DNA from: Dehalococcoidia bacterium
GTDB lineage: Bacteria > Chloroflexota > Dehalococcoidia > SM23-28-2 > RBG-16-64-32
Assembly: GCA_963667205.1 (NCBI GenBank)
Contig: OY762959.1
Span: 1,875,601 to 1,939,600 of the forward strand
Length of the DNA: 64,000 nucleotides
Reading direction: 5' to 3'
Below the pieces are notes generated by a model. The model did not search any database, was not told the origin of the DNA, and saw only the letters and a program-made list of their open reading frames with translations. Shown here piece by piece: positions 60,825 to 64,000 of the stretch (position 1 is the stretch's first letter; each line of letters opens with the position of its first letter). Made by a program: the position numbers and the translations under genes.

Positions 60825-61487
60825 TTACTCGAGGCCGCGATCAGAGCGCCGCTGATGCAAGTATTCGATGCTCTTGCGGTACCACTGCTCGTCGATCTTC
60901 TCGCTCGCCATCAAGTAGTTGAGCATCGCCTCGAGACCGAGGATCGAGATCAGGTTGTAGTCCCGCTCCTTCAGCCGTTCTCGCGCGCCCTCCTCGCGGT
61001 CCACCAGCACGAGCACGTCGCGGACGCGCAGGCCGGCGTTCGTGCGCAGGAACTCCGCCGTCTCGACGATGCCGCCGCCGCCCGTCACGAGATCGTCGAT
61101 GAGCAGGACGTGCTCGCCTTCCTCATAGATACCTTCGACGAAGACGCGGCTGCCGTTGCGCTCCTTGGCTGGGTGGATGTAGATCATCGGCATCGTGCTG
61201 CGCAGCGAGAAGGCCGTCGCCAGGTGAAGGCCGCCAAACGGGATGCCGCAAACACGCTCGAACGGCTGCACCTGCGGATGGCGCATCGATTGCAGCGTCT
61301 GGATCTTCTCCTGCATCAGGCGGGCCGCGCGCGCCAGCGCCCGCGGATTGCTGACGAGCTTGCGCAGGTTGACGTAGACCGGAGAGTTGATCGTGGTCCG
61401 GCCCATGGTGAAGTCGCCGAACTGTACGGCGTCCACTTCGTGCAACGCCTGCGCGAGCCATTGATTTCCTACGTCTTCAGCTGTCAT
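60825..61487 (-). CDS. pyrE: Orotate phosphoribosyltransferase-like protein
   Basis: FGDFT...SPVYVNLR, VLLIDDLVTGG, VLVDREEG. Confidence 0.8.
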   Translation of the reverse strand: MTAEDVGNQWLAQALHEVDAVQFGDFTMGRTTINSPVYVNLRKLVSNPRALARAARLMQEKIQTLQSMRHPQVQPFERVCGIPFGGLHLATAFSLRSTMPMIYIHPAKERNGSRVFVEGIYEEGEHVLLIDDLVTGGGGIVETAEFLRTNAGLRVRDVLVLVDREEGARERLKERDYNLISILGLEAMLNYLMASEKIDEQWYRKSIEYLHQRRSDRGLE

Positions 61488-61609
61488 TAGCGGGCAAAAT
61501 AATAGGCCCCTGCCGCACGGGTCGCCCACCGGGCGCATTCTGGGGCCATGAAAAGACAGCGCGACGATAGCACCGCGCGAGCGATGCTGTCAACATGCGC
61601 GCCGCTAAT

Positions 61610-62128
61610 CTAGCGGCGCTGGTCGGGCTCGCCGTTCGTGAAGCGCGGCTTGTAAGCCGGGTCGCGGCCGCTCACCTGGTCCTGGTGCATGCGGTCGTGC
61701 CGATAGTAGGACCGCAGCCATTGCATCACTGTGAGCGAGCCGAACATCTCCTGTCTCGCCGTCCGCTCGAACTGCTCTCCGCTGATTCGATCGATAAAGG
61801 CCTCCGTCAGCGTGCGCTGGCGGCGCATCTCGGCCACGTGCTCCGCCACAGTGTGATCGTGCGCCTTCGTCAAGGTGATCGCTGGCGGTCCGCCGAATAC
61901 GCCATCGACGTTCGGGTTGTCCTCGCTCAGCGCCTTCTCCACCCAGGCCCGGTAGGCGGTCTCCATCTCACAGAGGTGGGCCATCTGCTGCTTGGCGCTC
62001 CATTCGCCTTCGCCGCTCGTGGAGCGTTCCGCCTCGTCTTCCGCTAGCGCCCCGAGGGCGTCCAGGAGCCGGCCGCGTTCGGCCCCAATCTTCTCCTTCA
62101 GCTCCCGTATCTGCTGATCGGTTGCCAT
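61610..62128 (-). CDS. DinB/YfiT-like metalloprotein
   Basis: EWSAKQQMAHL, HDRMHQDQ. Confidence 0.8.
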   Translation of the reverse strand: MATDQQIRELKEKIGAERGRLLDALGALAEDEAERSTSGEGEWSAKQQMAHLCEMETAYRAWVEKALSEDNPNVDGVFGGPPAITLTKAHDHTVAEHVAEMRRQRTLTEAFIDRISGEQFERTARQEMFGSLTVMQWLRSYYRHDRMHQDQVSGRDPAYKPRFTNGEPDQRR

Positions 62129-62224
62129 TCGCCGCTCCCTTCGCGGCGAAGCATCACCATCTACGCAGGGCCTGTCAACCGCTACAATGGAGTTAGCAAA
62201 CCAACTGCAGAAGGAGTCCCGGAC

Positions 62225-62557
62225 ATGGCGACCAAGGACCCGCGAGAGCCGTTCACGCGCATCAGCGTCGACGAAGCAAAAGAGATGATAACCGGCGGCG
62301 CAGCCGTGATTGACGTTCGCGAGCCGCACGAGTACACGGAGGGCCACGTGCCCGGGGCGTCGCTGATCCCGGTGAACAGCGTTTACGCGCGCCGCGAAGA
62401 GCTGCCGAAAGAGCAGGACGTGATCTTCGTCTGCGCCGTCGGTCAGCGCAGCGCGCTCGGTGCGGAGATGGCCGCCGCTGCCGGTCTCACGCGTATCTTC
62501 AACCTCGAAGGCGGCACCGAAGCCTGGATCAGCTCCGGCGAGACCGTCGAAAAGTGA
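62225..62557 (+). CDS. Rhodanese-like protein
   Basis: IDVREPHEY...GHVPGA, CAVGQRS, LEGGTEAW. Confidence 0.92.
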   Translation: MATKDPREPFTRISVDEAKEMITGGAAVIDVREPHEYTEGHVPGASLIPVNSVYARREELPKEQDVIFVCAVGQRSALGAEMAAAAGLTRIFNLEGGTEAWISSGETVEK

Positions 62558-63243
62558 CCCGACCGCGTACTATCCTCTTCGACATCGACAACACGCTGCT
62601 CTACTCCGGCGGCGCGGGAAGCCACGCCATGAACCTTGCCTTCAACGAGCTCTTCGGTGTGGACGAGGGCTTTCGCGAGATCGAGTTCAGCGGGCGCACG
62701 GACCTCTTCATCCTGCAGAGCGCGCTTGACTACGGCAAAGTCACGGGCAGCGCGCGCGAGCACATAGAAGCCTTCGTGGGCGCCTATACCCGCCTGCTGC
62801 CGGCGTCGCTCGTCCTGCGCGACGGCCACGTGATGCAGGGCTTTCCGCAGCTGCTGGACGTGCTTCGCGACGCCGGCGCGCGCACCGGCCTGGCGACCGG
62901 CAACTTCGAAGAGGGCGCACGCCTCAAGCTCGAATTCTACGAGCTGGCCGGTCACATCTCCGGCGGTGGCTTCGCCGAAGTGAGCCCGGAGCGGGCCGAG
63001 ATCGTCGCGGCGGCGATCCGCGACGTTGCGGACGGGGCGCAGCCGGAGGCCGTCGTGGTCGTCGGCGACACGCCGCACGACATCGCCGCGGCGCTTGCCA
63101 ACGGCGCGATCGGCGTCGGCGTCGCCACCGGCAAACACAGCGCCGAGGAGCTGCGCGCGTCGGGCGCGCAGATCACGTTCGAGGACTTCTCGGACTACGA
63201 GTCAGCGGCAGAGAAGCTGCTGACGTTCTCTCCGGGCGCTTAG
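62554..63243 (+). CDS. HAD-family hydrolase
   Basis: LFDIDNTL, LATGN, VGDTPHD. Confidence 0.92.
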   Translation: MTRPRTILFDIDNTLLYSGGAGSHAMNLAFNELFGVDEGFREIEFSGRTDLFILQSALDYGKVTGSAREHIEAFVGAYTRLLPASLVLRDGHVMQGFPQLLDVLRDAGARTGLATGNFEEGARLKLEFYELAGHISGGGFAEVSPERAEIVAAAIRDVADGAQPEAVVVVGDTPHDIAAALANGAIGVGVATGKHSAEELRASGAQITFEDFSDYESAAEKLLTFSPGA

Positions 63244-64000
63244 CCCGAGACGGCGTCTTCGCCCTGGGCCGTCGGCACGGAGAGGCCGAGGCGCTCGGCC
63301 TGGTGGGCCAGCACCGCCTCGTTGACCGCCGGGATCGACGTCGCGCCTGCCTTGATCAGCCCCTCGATGACCTGGCGACGGTCCGCGATCGCGTCGTCCA
63401 GCTCGACCGGCGTTAGCCCGGCCCACTGCGCGAACGCCTCGCGGACGCCGCGCTGCGGGAAGAGCCGGAACGTGTCATCGTCGCGGTCCCACTCGACAGC
63501 GCGCGAGAGGCGATGCGCTTCGCCGTCCGCTTCCAGCATCGCCACTTCGGCGACGCGGCGGACGGTGCCCTGCTGGCGTCCGATGAACAACGGCACGACG
63601 AACGTCAGGTGCGCGACGTGGCTCCTGGGAACGGAGAGGTCCTGCTCCAGCTGCGCGAGGACGCCCTCGACGGTGTCGGCGTGCATCGTTGTGCCCAGCC
63701 GGTAGCCCTGCGACAGAAGCTCGAACGTCTTGCGCGCGTGGTCGTCCCAAGTGTAGACGGGGATGTGGTCGCTCATCTCGTTGACTAGGATGTAGGTGTC
63801 GTAGTCGGGCGATACCGGCGGCAGCGCGAACGTCTCGCCCATGCCGCGGGTGAAGTAGACGAGCGTATCGGGGAGGGTGAACGACATCAGCGCGCTCAGC
63901 GTCGTCGTCTTGCCGCTCGATGGTGGATCCGCCGCGATGATCAGCGAGGCGCCGCGCTCCATCGCCACCCAGAACATCGCCGCCACTTCGGCCGACAGGT
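63240..64000 (-). CDS. VirB11/CpaF-like secretion ATPase (5' end outside the window)
   Basis: PPSSGKTT Walker A, ILVNEM Walker B, TTMHA His box, RRVAEV. Confidence 0.75.
   Translation of the reverse strand, partial: LSAEVAAMFWVAMERGASLIIAADPPSSGKTTTLSALMSFTLPDTLVYFTRGMGETFALPPVSPDYDTYILVNEMSDHIPVYTWDDHARKTFELLSQGYRLGTTMHADTVEGVLAQLEQDLSVPRSHVAHLTFVVPLFIGRQQGTVRRVAEVAMLEADGEAHRLSRAVEWDRDDDTFRLFPQRGVREAFAQWAGLTPVELDDAIADRRQVIEGLIKAGATSIPAVNEAVLAHQAERLGLSVPTAQGEDAVSG

Overview
GC-rich, gene-dense bacterial chromosome segment, probably Chloroflexota (Dehalococcoidia-like). The taxon is inferred from F420/mycofactocin-type oxidoreductases, a DUF5679-like Zn protein and dockerin-like secreted proteins. 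Most of the window is housekeeping and organic-acid/aromatic catabolism: mfd, pth, dinB, nhaA, pyrE, cysteine desulfurase, methylmalonyl-CoA mutase, SDRs, crotonases and tRNA-Pro(GGG). The main find is a minus-strand operon at 13418-14952. It runs from a consensus sigma70 promoter through a 21-aa leader peptide and rsgA to an unannotated SEC-C zinc-finger gene. All four runs of three or more T on the coding strand of these two genes coincide with a +1 frame break, and one is a prfB-like UUU-UGA shifty stop. This suggests frameshift-gated expression, although sequencing error is not excluded. Other notable items are three tandem secreted proteins sharing a Cys-containing dockerin-like module, a decaying aromatic-degradation operon, a stop-interrupted histidine kinase, a relic of small HTH genes next to tRNA-Pro, dispersed REP-like inverted doublets and a 39-bp duplication in mfd. 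All family assignments come from motif recognition; no database searches were run.
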